The position numbers and the translations under genes were made by a program. A model generated the notes under the pieces. That model made no database searches. It had not been told where the DNA came from and saw nothing but the letters and a program-made list of their open reading frames with translations. Source: Vicugna vicugna (Eukaryota). Taken from it: a stretch of 64,000 bases of DNA. Shown here piece by piece: positions 1-14,007 of this stretch. Position 1 is the first letter of the stretch, and each line of letters opens with the position of its first letter. The stretch covers positions 682,001 to 746,000 of the forward strand of contig MU057701.1 in assembly GCA_013265495.1 (NCBI GenBank), in the 5' to 3' direction.

Positions 1-1811
1 AGTCCTTGTATTTGTTGTGGGCTGTGCTTGGGAGTCATAATGGACAATACAATAATAAGTAATGGGCAGGAAGACAGCTCTTAAAACCAGATCAGTAAAC
101 TCCTCCAGTGCCAGACGGAAAAATGCCTCCTGCAGTTATCAGGAAATCAAGTAAATTCAGCAGGCATTCACAGAGCTCCTGTTAGGTACCAGGTCCCAAG
201 CCTAACACTGAATATGTAAAGCTGATAGTGTTGTGTATTATCTCGGTTACCATTCACAATATCTCAAGGTAGATATGGTTATAATCAATTTGCAGATGAG
301 GGCACTGTTGTTGAGAGATGTTTAAATAAATTGCCCAAGGCCACACTATTCATAACTAACAAAACTGAGATCCTCAGTCTTTTGGCTGTGTTCTTTGCTC
401 TTTCCACACTCCACCTCAACTGCCAAGAAGCAGATCCTGTGGCCAGAGTGGGCCTCAGTGGGAAGCATCAGATGGAACCTTTCCAACCTAAAGTGGCTAT
501 CTGAATTAATGGAACAATGTGTGATGGGTGAAATGAGGGAACTATTTAGTAGTTTGGTTGAAAAAGTATTCAACAGGTAAACAAGTCTTACATAAATCAT
601 GGAAAATGGGGTTGGAGAAATGAAAGAAGAGAATAAAGAGATAAAAAATTTTTTTTATCAAGCCTTGAGAGTAAACACTTTCCCCAAATACCTAAGGTGG
701 TATTTCTCTCTCTATTTTTAATTGCTAAGATAAGTGACCCTTTTTCACCCAAACCCAGATTCAAATGCCTTCCAAGAGATGTTTAGAGAATGAAGCATTG
801 CATTGAAAATCGCCTTTTCCAAAAAGCACAAAGGAGCACCCTTATATTCAGCCCACACTTGGATGACCAGGTGTGGAGTAAGAACCCTTTGCCTGGAAGA
901 CTGTTCGTCCATCTCAGAAACATTTTTGAAGCTGAGTTTCATAATGGAAACGCTGACACAACCTATCAGCAACCACGATATTAAACAGGCACGGAGCCAA
1001 CAGCAATGGCTTGGAGCCAGGGAGGAGAGATTAGCATCACAAGGAAGGGATTTTAGGCTCTGAGCCAGGAGAGTTTTTTTCTTTTCACTAAAAAATTATA
1101 ATAAAAAGGGAAAGAACAAAAAAAAACAAAAACAAAAACAAAAAGAGGAAGGTGCACAAGAATTCTTGTTTAGCAGCCCTTTTCCAGGTGGTTCTCCTGG
1201 GATGTCCAGATAAGCACAGAAACAAACACTGTCTCTCTGAAAATTTGGCAGTTGCTTGACCTTAAAATGGTCTTGGCAGAAACCTTTCCAACTTGGCTGT
1301 CCTTAGTTGGCCCATGTGCAGAATGGGGTGCGTTACCTGCACTTGGAGTTGGAGGAAACTCCATTTGAGCAAAATTTGGGGTTACTACCTTCTTGTCCTA
1401 CGGAGCTCTAAGAAAGAAGTGTGCAGGGGATGGAAGCCTGTAGAAGCTGCTTCCTGGGTCATCATAATGGGGCCTGGTAAGACCTCTTGCAAGACTGCAC
1501 TTTTCTGACAAGCTGCTCCCTGTAGGGCACAGCCTTTTGAGCTTTGGGGAGAGGGAGCCAGCCGCAGGACTTCATGATGCCACAGAGCCCAGGTAGCATT
1601 TTTGAGGTGAGCTGTGGGACTGGCCATGCCCATTCCAGGGCACGCAGCACATACTGCTCAGAGCCTGACCACCCTGGATGGGCAGGGTGTTCTCTGCTGC
1701 AAATAACTCTTGAAGCTGGGAGGTGTGCCCAGTTTTCCTGTTAGCAGTTGCTTCTGGCATTTTAGCTGCTTTCTCCAAACCAACAAGAGATTGATTGATT
1801 GATTGTGACTT

Positions 1812-2410
1812 TCTTTTAAACTTTGCATTTAAAAAATTTCAAACCTGCAGAAAAATTGCAAGGATAACTCAGCTATTCTATACTCACCAGTGGTTAACAT
1901 TTTTCTACATCTGCTTTGTTTCTCTCCACAAATATTAACACATTATTATTTTTTCCAGAACCTTTGAGAGTAAGTTTCTGACGTCATGACCCTTCACCCT
2001 TAAATACTTAAGCATGCATGTCCTAAAAACAGGGACTTTCTCCTATGTAACCACAGTGCAATGATTAAATTCTGGAAATTTAATGTTGATACACTACTAT
2101 TATCTGATTCAAAGTCGCATTAACATTTTGCCAATTGTCCCAGCCATGTCTTTATAGTGAACAACAATTAAAAAAAAAAACCTTCATGATTTGTGTTTCA
2201 ATCCAGGCATACACGTTACATTTAGTTGTTACTTTCTTTGGACTTTTTAATGTGGAGCAGTGTCTCAGCTTTTCTTTGTCTTTCATGACACTGGCATTTT
2301 GAAAAAGCACAGGCCATTTTGGGGGTGTCCCTCTTTCTTGGGTTTTCCTAACTGTGTTCTCATGATTGGATTCAGATTTGCATCTTTGGCAGGAATTCTA
2401 TGTGACCAAC
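1812..2410 (-). mobile_element. Old L1 3' UTR fragment (L1MC-like)
   Basis: Characteristic antisense L1M 3'-end text (aatttcaaacctgcagaaaaattgcaagga ... tttggcaggaattcta). Confidence 0.65.
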
Positions 2411-3097
2411 GTTGGGTCTTGGTGGACTTTCAAAATGTCCTTCCCTGACGTGTGTGGCTTCCCTGCGTTTTATTTTCTGGCCTTTGTGGAGACTGTGGCC
2501 TCTTCAGTTTTCTGAGCTGTGTTTATCACGGAGCTGGAGTTGGGGGCCGAGTGTGAGGGGTCTGTGTGGCTGACATGTTCTTCTAGGACTGGAGAAGGAA
2601 TAGTGGCTGTCTGCTCTGAAGGGTCACCTGAGACAGAGCAGGAAGAATCCCAAAGCAGGGGCAACAGTAGACTCTTCAACTGGCCTCTAACTTCTGCAAA
2701 CTGCTGACGAAGCCCCAGCAGGCTCACTCAGAACCGAGGTGGACGTGATGAGATTTGAGGGAAAAGAGACCAAGTTCTCTCTCTCCGTTCGCCTTTTGCA
2801 CCCAAGTTGCTGAGCTAGAGAATTCCATTTGGATGGTTTTCCCCTCTAAGTGTTGCATCCATCCTATCTTCTCCATTTCAACTGCTGTTGCCCTAGTTAA
2901 GGTTCTTACCTCTTCTCTAGAACAATCTCTCACTAAACACGTCCCCCACAATGCTGCCTGAGGGGGTCCGTTTAGACCCCAGATTGGATTGTTTCACAGT
3001 GGCTTCCATTGCCACAATGGAATCCCCTCTACAGTGTCTTTATTTCATACTCCCTGCCTCAAATTTATATTCCCCAAATATCAGATGTTTATAGAGT

Positions 3098-3222
3098 CTT
3101 CAGCATCAGCATCACCCGGGGAGTTTATTAGAATCTCAGGCCCCACCCCAGACCCACTAAACCAGAACCTGCAAGCCTGCTCAAGTGAGTTATGTGCACA
3201 TGGAAGTCCAGGAAGTGCTATT
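3098..3222. mobile_element. MER5-type hAT-Charlie MITE fragment
   Basis: cagcatcagcatcacc...tctcaggccccaccccagacc core motif. Confidence 0.65.
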
Positions 3223-4005
3223 TAAAACACGCTGGAAAGATCTTTAGTCGCCCCTCAGGCTCTTGCTGTTGTTGGTTCTGAGGCATGCCTCTCAAACTAT
3301 TCTTTGATCAAGGGATTTGCAATCATTTTTCCTAATTTGCAGAAAGAAGGAAATTTCATGGCTGGGCTTTTTCTCAATTTTTCCCTTTCCTCACACAAAT
3401 TTTTTTCTAAACTTTAACATCTGCTGCTACTTGTTAGCTAACATGATGTCATCTGCTCGCAGACAATGAAATGAAACAACTACTAGCAAATAAATGTTCA
3501 TGTTAACATGCAAAGCTGGCGGTACTTAGCCCAACAGTTCAGGTCCACAACAACAAAAATTAAGAAAACAAAAAAATTAAGTGTTGAGCCTTGATTATAT
3601 GTGAGACATTAGAAGATTGAGGGATGCACAAATTAATGAGGTGCATTTGTTGTATAGCCTTTGGCCACCACCTTGGGGACCACATGGGCTCAGAATGCTA
3701 GGGCACTTGGTGGGACCTGAGTAGTGGCCATCTTCTTACTAGAGCCCTCGGGGTGCTACTCGTCCCGATTTGCAAAATTCAGCAAAATGAAAGACTTTTG
3801 CTGTCACCTCGCAAGTTTACTTCATCTTCCATGTCCAAACCAGTACAATCAGGACAGTTCCTCTGGATTCTCCAGTTTGATACATAAATAGTGTTGAAAA
3901 CAAAAATCACAATGGGTCTGCTACCACTTTGCTGGATTTGGCTTTACTTGGGGAGACTTCAGAAGCCTGGAGCTGAAAGATAATTGTTCGACTTTTCCTT
4001 GAGTG

Positions 4006-4180
4006 TTTCTTACTTATTTTCTTTAATTGAAGTATAGTTGATTTACAATGCTGTGTTAGTTTCAGGTGTACAGCAAAGTGATTCGGTCATACATATATAT
4101 ATTCTTTTTCAGATTCTTTTCTATTATAGTTCATTGTAAGAATATAGTTCCCTGTGCTATATGGGACCTTGTTATTTATC
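4006..4180 (-). mobile_element. 5'-truncated artiodactyl-type L1 3' end with 10-bp target-site duplication
   Basis: ttaattgaagtatagttgatttacaat...gttccctgtgctat, flanked by identical TCCTTGAGTG at 3996-4005 and 4181-4190. Confidence 0.85.
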
Positions 4181-4884
4181 TCCTTGAGTGCTAATGACGT
4201 ATGAGCCTCTAATTTAACCAAAGTAGCAACAGCTGAGACAAACCACTTACCAGCGTAGTGTTCCTGGCAATTCCATCAGGGAGAAAGTGTTGGGATTTCT
4301 GGGAACCCAAACCATAACCAAATGTTACCCGAAATAATAAATTATACATATTGTTGCTTTACTAAAAAGTGATCAAGAAAGGCTTGGCACCACTTGGCAT
4401 GACCTTGGAAGATGAGTTGGTGTGAGCCAGGCAGGTAGGGTCAGGAAGAGGCTTTAGGGCAAAAGGATGAGCAAGAGCCAGGGTGTGGAAGGTTGAAATG
4501 GTGAGTTGTTAGGAGGCTTGATGCTCAGAGGGGTGAGCAGGGCATGCCCTGAGCAAGAGAGAAAGGAGGAATTCCAGGCAGTGTGAGTTGACAGGTGGAG
4601 GCATAGTCCATACATTTGTGTAGCATTTTGGAGTTTGCCAAGCACCATCATACCTGGTTATCTCACCTGGTCTTGACTGCTCAGTGAACAGGCAAGACAC
4701 TTAGAGTGCTCACTTCCAGATGATGAACTAGAAGCCTGGAGGAATTTCTAGGGTCACACACAACTCATGATGCCAGAATTAGACCCAGATATTTTGACTC
4801 GTAGGCTCTGTCCTTTCCACCATAAACTGATGTGTTCCAGGAGCAATGAAGAAACCATTCTCGCATATTGGGAAGAAAACTCAT

Positions 4885-5375
4885 GCATGGGTGCGTAGAT
4901 GGATGGATGGATGGACGGACAGACAATGAATGCATGTATGAATGGTGACCAGGTAGATAGATGATGGCTGAATACGTGGATGATGGAAACCAGAATATTA
5001 AGAGAAAGGAAATTAGGGGGTCTACAATTGTCCAGTGAGATAGAGAACAGTCTGTCAGGCAGATGGATTCATGAGGTACAGAGGCAGATACAGAGGAATT
5101 AATAGAACTTACTTACCAGATGTGAGAATATGAAAGAAATAAGAGCCTAGGATGACACCGAAGTTTCTACCTTGGACGATTAATGGGTCACAAGAGGAAG
5201 AGCAGGCTCAAACCTTAGAGCCAGTGGGTAGGAATGAAGATAATGAATGTTATTCTGAATACATTAATTTTGAGTAAAACCAGAGACTTGTATCCAATAG
5301 TTGATTCCAAAAAGCCTGGGAATTCAGGAAGAGTGTCTGGGGTATATAGGAGATTTGTTAGGTCATTAGCAAACA
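4885..5375. mobile_element. L2 fragment with (TGGA)n-like degenerate microsatellite
   Basis: gatggatggatggatggacggac tract followed by purine-rich L2-type sequence. Confidence 0.5.
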
Positions 5376-5619
5376 AAGATTAACATTTTATTACAAGTGT
5401 TCACTGTAGTATTATAAACTGTGAGAAAAAAAGAGAAAAGACAAAAAGAAAAAAAGGGAAAATCTTAAACATTTAGCAATGGAAAGATTGGCTTGTTTAT
5501 GTTACAGTTATATAATGAAGTGTGATTCAGACCTTGAAAATGAGCACTTGTGTGGTGATTATTTTTCCGCTCTTAGTGATACTAACATCTAACATTGACA
5601 GTGTACTTACCACAACCAG

Positions 5620-6090
5620 GTCAAAATAAAGGGGGTTTACCTGCCGTTAACCAAAATTCCAGAAACAGAGACCTGACTGCAACAAAAAGGTGTTTACTGA
5701 GGGTTTTTCAAGACCTCAGCCCGGGAGACACAGATTTAAGAAGCACTACAAAGGGAGGTTTATAAAGGCAAAAATACTGCAAGGTTATGGTTAGTTACAT
5801 GAGTTGTTTATCACTGGAGCTGGCAAGGAGTAAGGGTGTCTGTTAAGTAAGGACTGGTTGGGGTCCGAAATGGATGCATGGTTACAAAGGGACATCTTGA
5901 GACCAAAAGTTTGCAGCTGGCATGTGTTGTTCTGAATATGGCTGGTGGTGTCCTGGGGGAGATACAGTTCAAAGAAAGTTCAGGTTCTTAGTGGTGCAGA
6001 GACGTGTCTGAGACCAAATCATCAATGGCCACCCAAGTCCATTTTCCTCTGTCTGGACTGTGATGACTCCATTATAATTTCAATTTGTCA
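5620..6090 (-). mobile_element. ERV1-like solo LTR inserted into a MIR
   Basis: Ends in ...tttgtCA. On the minus strand it has a TATA-like element (~5760) and an AGTAAA signal (~5695). MIR-like sequence resumes on both sides (5585-5619, 6091-6285). Confidence 0.55.
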
Positions 6091-6789
6091 TCACTGTTTA
6101 TGTCATTGAGTCCTCGCTGCTACCAGACGAGGGAGGAAGTGATACTGCTCTTACGTTACAGAAGAGAAAAGTGAGGTCCAGTTGTCCTCGGTGGCAAACC
6201 CAGGTCACCCAGCCCAGCAGCAGAGCCTGGTCTCAAACCCAGGTCTGCCGGCTCTGGAGTTCGGACTCGTCACCACCACACTATATTTTCTCTGTACAAG
6301 TTTCTGACTCTACTTTCCATAATAAAGAGGTATTATGATAAGGAAAAAAGAAGAGAGTAAAGGTTGTCATATAAGAATGCCGTGACAGTCTAAAGTTGAT
6401 CCACGATTGCATTTTTGAGAGCTGGTCGGTCCAGGCAGGAATGAGGCAGCAGGGTCCTCACCACTGGGGAAAACAGAAGCCACAGGCCCTTGCAGGGGTC
6501 TCAGGTGACCTAGAATAGAGCTCAGGAAGCCAGCCCCTCCCGTCTGCTGGCCCACGCCTGGACGGCTCCCTCTGGAGCCTTCCGGTCAGCGGCCTGGGGC
6601 CAGGCAGGTCTGTGGAGCTCAGCCAGAAGGCCCTGCCCAGTTCCCCAACTTTGCCTGGGGGGGTATTTAGAACCAGTCCACGCAGAAGGGAAAACCAAAC
6701 AAGACACAACCCACCAGAACAATGTAACAATTTGTTCCCTGGTTGTGTTTTTTCTGACATCAGATGCACTCTATCATGATTCTTAAGTG

Positions 6790-7520
6790 GTTTCGGGCCA
6801 GTGCCCCTTCCGTTGTGTTGCCCAGAGAGGCACGCCCGGAAGGAGCTTGGAGACACGAGGCCCTGAAGTACCTCAGGACGCTTGTCTGGTGAACAAGAGA
6901 GGGAAGCTCTCCGGCCTCTAGGGAGTGAGGCTGCTGGCAGCCTTCTTGTTGACTCCCCGCACTGCCTTTGGACTTCGCGGTGTGGCCGCCCCCCCAGGCA
7001 CAGGCCTCTGCAGGCCGCCTCCCTCCGCGTCCTAGTGCCCTCCCTGAAGGCTGAGTTAGTAGCTTATCAGGGAAGAGCAAAGAAGTCACCATTTTTCTGT
7101 GTGAGGAACTTTGCCTCTTTGTGCAGAGGATTCGGTGGGCTCAAAAAAGGGTTAGAGCAGGACGGGATCAACGTCACCTCGACGTGGCAAACCCCTGAAG
7201 GCTGGCGACGGGCCAGCCCCGAGCGCCTCCAGGTGAAATGTCCATTCGTCAACTTACGAGAAAACCAGCAGTTCTAGTTCCTGGAGACCGCCCTGGGAAT
7301 TGAAATAAGAAGGAACGAGGAGAAATGGAAACGATTTAAGCTCAGCTTCTGAGACCTATTTTAGGAAGCATTATTGATCATGCTGCAGGGAAACCATGCA
7401 GGGTCTCGGGTGTCGGGAGCCGGCATCCACGTGTGCCCGAGTGGAGTGTTGGCTTGATCTCATGACACAGCCTGTGTCCAAAGGGGGCTGCGACCGCAGG
7501 AAGAATTCCGATCGAGGCTG
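6790..7520. promoter_or_regulatory. Intronic CpG-rich segment (borderline CpG island)
   Basis: About 35-37 CpGs by hand count in ~730 bp of GC-rich non-repeat sequence, well above the flanks. Confidence 0.4.
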
Positions 7521-8271
7521 TTCTGTGCTGAAACCAGCCCAAGCTTATGAAAAGAGCCTTGTTACAGCTGCCCTGGGAACCGTAACTTAGAGGCGTTTTT
7601 GTGCCCTAAAAGCCTTTTCACTCAATGAATTGAATCATAGCATTTGTGACCCTTCTGGGTTGTTTTAATTCCTTTCTTAATTAGTTACCATGATCAGAGC
7701 ATCTTATGAGAACATTGTTTTGCAATGGGAATCTTTTTCTCATCTGTCACCGTGTCACTTCAATTACTGTCTCTTGAACCTTCACCTTTTTTCTCACCCA
7801 AATGAACCAGGTTTCACCGCTGTTTCCTGCGTGGATCTTCCGGTCACAGCACAAAATGACTCTCAACCCTCCCCTGGTTTGCCGGTGCTCTTTCCAGACA
7901 TAGATCCTGGAATAGAAAGACGTGTTCCTTCCCTCAAAGGGAGCACACTGAATTCAAATCCACTGTCATGTCCTGTGACCCTTAGGCCTCCGCCCTGCCC
8001 CTCCCCCAGGCGTCCTTTCCCCTTTTACCTCTCTGCGTTCTCATCCCCAGGAGTGTTTATCAGCAGCTTTGTATTTTGAACTTCACTGATGAGCAGTGCC
8101 CTATGTCATTCCTGCCGTACGTACTGTAGTCATCGGGTTTCTGCCTGTTGTTTTTGAATTTTCTGCAACCTTTCAGGTGGGTGGAGAAAAGAAAAGGACA
8201 TATCTCCACCATTGGCTGATGTTAAAGAGAAAAAAAATTGTTCCTGACACTTGTTGAAGACAGACTGACTT

Positions 8272-8628
8272 CAGGGTGCCAGCATGGTTGGGTTCTAAGC
8301 TGCAGACTGCCAACTTCCCACTGTGTCCTCACATGGTAGAAGGGGCTAGGCAGCTCTTGGGGTCTTTTTTACAGAGCACTAATCCTGTTCATAGGGAATC
8401 CACCCTTATGACCTAATCACCTCCCAAAGGCCCCCTCTCCTGATAACATCACATTGGGCGTTAGGTTTCAACATATGAATTTGGCCGGGGGGAAGATGGG
8501 GCGACAAGCATTCAGCCCATAGCAATCCTTTACTAATTATATCTGCAAATACCCTATTTCTAAATAAGGTCACATTCTGAGGTTCCTGGTGGGCATGAAT
8601 TGGAGGGGATACTAGTCAATGCACTGCA
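8272..8628 (-). mobile_element. MaLR LTR fragments (MLT1A-like followed by an MLT1C-like end)
   Basis: gtgtcctcacatggtagaagggg...atgacctaatcacctcccaaaggcccc...tttcaacatatgaattt, then ccctatttctaaataaggtcacattctgagg. Confidence 0.8.
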
Positions 8629-8659
8629 GGAGTATTGATTCATCTGCTCATAAAGAAGA

Positions 8660-9165
8660 ATCAACATACGTCCTATAACCCAGCAGTCTCACTCCTGGGT
8701 ATGTGCCCTAGAGAAGTGAAAACTTGTGTTCACACAAAAACCTGTCCAGAGATGCTTTTACCAGCTCTGTTCATAACTGCCCCAAACTAGAATTGAGGAA
8801 ACAGATAAACAAATTGCTGTACATCCACACGATGGAATACTACTTAGCAATAAAAAAGAATGAACTTTGATTTGCATGACCACAGGAAAAATCTCCAAGG
8901 CATTGTCCTAAGTGAAAAGAGCCAGTCTCAAAGGGTTAAAATCTATGGTTCCACTTGTATGACATTCTCAAAAAGGCAAAAAACTGTAGGGATGCAGAAC
9001 GCATCAGCGGTTGCCAGAGGTTGGGGTGTGGGAAGTGGGAAGAGAAATGAGTTTCTTGGGGTGGTGACACTGTTCTGAATCTTAAGTGTAGTGGTGCTTA
9101 CCAGAATCCACGCATGTGTTAAAATTCATAGAACTACACACTCCCCTAAAATCAATTTCAAAAAA
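8660..9165 (+). mobile_element. Old L1 3' fragment (L1MB/MC-like)
   Basis: acccagcagtctcactcctgggtat...tacatccacacgatggaatactacttagcaataaaaaagaatgaac...ctaagtgaaaagagccagtctcaaa. Confidence 0.8.
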
Positions 9166-12100
9166 GATTGTTATAGGGGCAGGGAGCCTACAATAAAAAA
9201 CAAGGATCAGCATCTTACGAAAGGTGCTGAGTTGTCTTTTCTTGTGTGTGATTGATGAGATGGCACTAGTTTTTGTATAAAGTTAATTTTTAAAATTTTG
9301 TCCTATCCTGGAAGAATTAGAGGATTAAGATAGGTGTAGCCTTCATGGGTGGCTGCTAATTCTTCCCTGTACTTGACCCTTTTTTAAATTAAAAAGTCAA
9401 GCTCCTGAGAAACTGCAAGAAAAGAAAAGGAAAGAAACACTTTGGAGAGGGTGCTGTGCCCTTTGTGCTAGTTCAGCCATGAGGGGCAGACTGAACGATT
9501 TTGGAGTCTACCCCCTCATTTCTGTGTACTCAAACTGAGAATGACCATAATGTTGAATTTCCCCAGGCACCCATCTTGCAAGTCTTTTCAGCACAGAGTT
9601 CTATATTAGGAGTTTAATTAATTTGAACTAATATAGAGAAACATCACTCAGTGACTAGTGGAGGAAACATGCAATCCTCTGTCCCTGACACCGTGAATGC
9701 CCCAGTTTTTTACATCAGTTCCCTCAAGGTGTGGAGTTCTTTTCTATTCATGCTTCCTAGGCTCCCAAGGATCACTCCCCCCAGCCCACTGGCATTCTTA
9801 CTGTGCTGCCGAGGTGGGAGTGGTCCTCACTCGGTTGAGCGCTCTCCATTCCTCTTGGGAGCATTGGCCTTCCGCAAGTGTGTGCTGGCTTCCCCCTCGG
9901 TACTGTCCAGAGACCTGTGGGTAATGCAGAAAACCCACAGATGGTGCTGAAGGAAGCCACCTGTCTTTATCTCCGATCTAGGCTGTCTCTCACCACCCAA
10001 AGCTCCAGCCTTCCTCTGAGAGCTTAGCTTGTCCCTATCCCATGCTCTCCTAACCCAGTGTCCTCTCCCCAGTGCCATCTAAGTGCCACCCCAGAGAGCT
10101 TTACTCCATCCTCATCCACTCTGCCCTCTTCCAGCATCTTGTAACTAGAACGCCTGGAAGTGTAACCTAGACCCAAAGTCAGCATTCTGAAGAGAGGACT
10201 CTCTCTGTGTTCCTTCCTCCCATTGTCTGTTTAGACAATTTTAACTCAAACCCAGTACATTGGAAGTTAGGTGAGCTGGCTGTCAAAGGAGAGAGGGCAG
10301 TGTAAGGAAAATAAAACTGCACAACAAGAAAGTTCCGCGGAGATCCACAGAGGCATTCTTTGGGGCTCCTGTGCCCTGTCCCTTAGCCCTCTCCACCCCT
10401 GCAGCAGCTCAGCCCAAATGCCACTGCCAGCTTGTTGGGGGCAGAATTTTATTAGACACTTGTGCGTGGAAACCTTTGCCTTCAGTTTACTTTGTGACTC
10501 CCAATGGCTTTGGAAAAACAGTTTTCCTTTCTGCACTGAAGGCCTAATGATGCTGTTCACCAGGGAGCATTCTCTGGGGAAGCGCTGAAGTTTACCTGGT
10601 ACCAAAGACAAACTGCCCCAACCTTGATAGATGAGTTTCATTTACTCAGCCTTAATACCCCTAAATCCAATGGCAAGTGGAGCATTTAATGAGGATCAAC
10701 TCAAAGCAGGTCACCTCCCACCATATTACCAGATGGGGCTCCAATTCTGCTTCAAGACCAAGGTCCGTTCAGGAGTGGTCTGGGACCATCGCTTACCTCA
10801 ATGCCTCTGGCCCCAGCAGTCAGGTCTCTGGGCCCTCCCCAGCCATAAGATATACCCCAGGCTCTTATGTCTCTGAACCACAGTGGGGCTGGCGTCTCCG
10901 TTCCTCACAACACCAAATGGCTTTCTTTGGAATCACCCCTGCTGGTTAAATGATGGTCCTGGGCCCAGACCACTGTGGGTCTTTGTTAAGTTTCCTCCTT
11001 GTTGAATTCGTACTGGAGTATTTCCTGTCTGATACGCACCTTTTACTACTCAATATGTTAATAACAAACAGATGATTATAAGAACAGATAGATATATCTT
11101 TTATGGTGTTATTAATTAAATCTTGTGTTGAATCTAGTCTTTTCTACAAAACCATAAGCCCCCTTGAAAGTGGATCTTATCTCACACATTTTAAGAGGCA
11201 CAGTGTTGAACACAGAGCAGGTACTTCGTAAGTATCTGCTGACTTATTGATTGCTGTAAGCCTAGTCTCTTCTCTTCAGGGCATTGTCATTAAGTGCTTC
11301 TACCTTCAGGACAAATACATTACCCAACTCTCTATTCTGTGGTGGGGAGAGCAGAAAGAGACCAAAGGCCATCCTTTTTTATCTCTATCTTAATGGCAGT
11401 GTGGGGTGTGGGGAGGCAACTTGCCTGCTCTTGGGTTGGATCATATAGCTTACAGACTTTTGAAACAGCCACCACTGAATTGTGTAGACATGAAAATGTT
11501 CTTGGTGGGAACACCAGTATGATGGAGTAATGACACGACGGCTGTCTTTTTCGATAACTTGGACTATTTTTTTTTCCTGACCCATAAGTGCTTCTCAGGC
11601 TCCCCCCACCAGGTATGCTGCTGTTAGAGAATAATCAGTAAGCCATGAACCAACTCTAGCCCCATGTGCCTAATGTATTGACCAGGGACCCGTATCCCCT
11701 GCCCTGCACCAAACCAATGGCTATTTTGCAAACCAGAGCACTGAAATGAAAGCATTGTTAAAACAATAACTCTGCTTCCAGTGTTCCTTCTTGCTGAACC
11801 TATTCTTTGTTGGTATGTCTTAGACAGTTGCTTCCCCCTGAGACCTCCCAGGTGCAGTGAAATTAAGTTAGAGGAGAACAGCAGCTTAGCTGAGACTCTT
11901 TGTCCCTTTTATCATATCTGAAGCATAAAACAAGATGACTGGTAGATTGTTCTCAAAATCCCTACTAACCAACCACCTCTACTTTGCATCCTTGGTAGCC
12001 TGGACAGATGGCAGGAAGATAAAATCCATACAGCTACTAAGCTTGGATCTTTTCTCCCCACTTTAATTTTTTTTAATAATAGACTTTATTTTTTAGAGCA

Positions 12101-14007
12101 GCTCTAAGTTTATGGAAAAACTGTGCAGAAAGGACAGATAGTTCCCATCTAAACTTGGATCTTAAACCCCAAAAGTTCCTGTTTGGGGAAAGGGGCTGCA
12201 GAATCCTTGATTCTCAGGATTGTGGATTTCTGAAAAGTGTTCTCTCTAGATAGGCTGTTAACAGGAGAGATCACAAAACCTAGAAACATTGAAAAGCAAA
12301 ATAAGAGGTTATAAAATCTAGAAGAACACCCTTGTTCAAGGAAGAAATCTAGTGTGCCGTTAAAACACATTCCATGTTTATCAATGTACCTTTCCCTTTT
12401 GAGTCATGACCACGTGACTCACCATCTGTCTGTATTAAATATGGGGCATGTCCCCTTCTCCATCCCACCCACACCCATGCTTACCCTCCTGGGAAGATCT
12501 TTTTTAAGAATGGAGTTATTAATGGCTACAAAGTAGTTCATCAAATGGATTTATCATAATTTCCTTGGCCATTCTCCCATCCTGGGATATTTCAGCTGTT
12601 TGCTTTCTCTCTCTCCCTTTCTTGCCATTTCATTAATGTTGCAATAAAAATCTTTGTACACAAATCTTTTCCTTTACTTAAGATTCTTAAGATAAATTCT
12701 CAAAGCTTAAGTTTTCTAGGTCAAAGTATGTGGAGATTTGAAAGCTGCTTGATACTTAATGCTTTACATTAAGGGATGCTTTACAAAAAAGGGAAAATCG
12801 CCCCCTTTTCATTTTGGAATGTATAAGATAGTGTTTACCCAGGAGATCTGCCTTCTCATTGTAATATTGCTCAGTTCATATTATAAGGAGTTTGTTTTTT
12901 AAGTGTTCACTGCCTAGTTGTGGGTGGAGGTCAAGAGAATCGACCAGATTGGCACTAAAATCCATTACAGATTATTTGTGGGTGGGTATATCTCCAATAA
13001 ATTAACCACTGATGGGAACATTATTATAGAGGATATAGGGAAAGTACCACGACTGACTCCCAAACTCAACTCCCATCTCAGAAAAGGACAAATTCTGCCC
13101 AAGAAGCTCCCAAGAGCATGAAGGTGCACAACATCTGTGTCAGGTGCAATCCTGGTAGAGCTCTGACTTAATGTATCAACATCAAGATGCATCTTGTCAT
13201 AAACTATCTCAGCAGATCTCTTTCCACTTCAAAGAGCTGGTGGTTGGACCAGAGTTTCTGGCAGTTGCTGCTGTCGCTAAGGAAGCCCAAATGAATAGTT
13301 AGTCTTGCTGTTTTCCTTGGGGGCCTGGCTAAGCCTCTGTCTGTTTGTAACAGTGTTGGCTTAATTCTGGATCATGCCCTAAACTAAGCATGAAGATTAG
13401 ACTGTTTCGCTCCAGCTGAGGCTTCTGGTCACACTACATCATGACCACTGCCACTTCCTGTTTCCGTGCTGCAGCCCCTCCGCACATCACCCAAGTGGCT
13501 GGATGTGGGGTGAAGGGTCAGAGAAGGAATGAGCCAAAGAACAAGATGTAGGAGACTAGCATGACCCAGAAGTCACTCAACATCAGAGACATTTTAACTG
13601 GAAAGAATTTTAGTAGTCATCTGGGTCACTCGATCTCAACCTCCCTGGGGCCACAGATCTCTTTGATAAGCAGATGAGAGTGGTCAAACCCTCTCTCCAG
13701 AGAAAAAGCGCCTCCCCAAATTTGGGATGTAGTTCCAGGATATTTTACAACTCCCTGATGCCTATCCATCTGCAGATCCTCATCTGGAAGCTCCTCATCT
13801 GGAAGATCCAAAGGAGGTTCGGGGTCTTACCCAAGGTTACACAGAGGAGATAACTGAATTCAAACTCAGCTTTCCTGATTCTCGGCCTAGGAGCTGTCAG
13901 CCAGTACTATGAGGTTTACACTGTACGTTGAGCCCCGTACTGGGAATTATGGAAAGTTAATGTGCTTACCATCAAAGAAGTGGAACTTGGGCTCGTGGAA
14001 GGAATCT

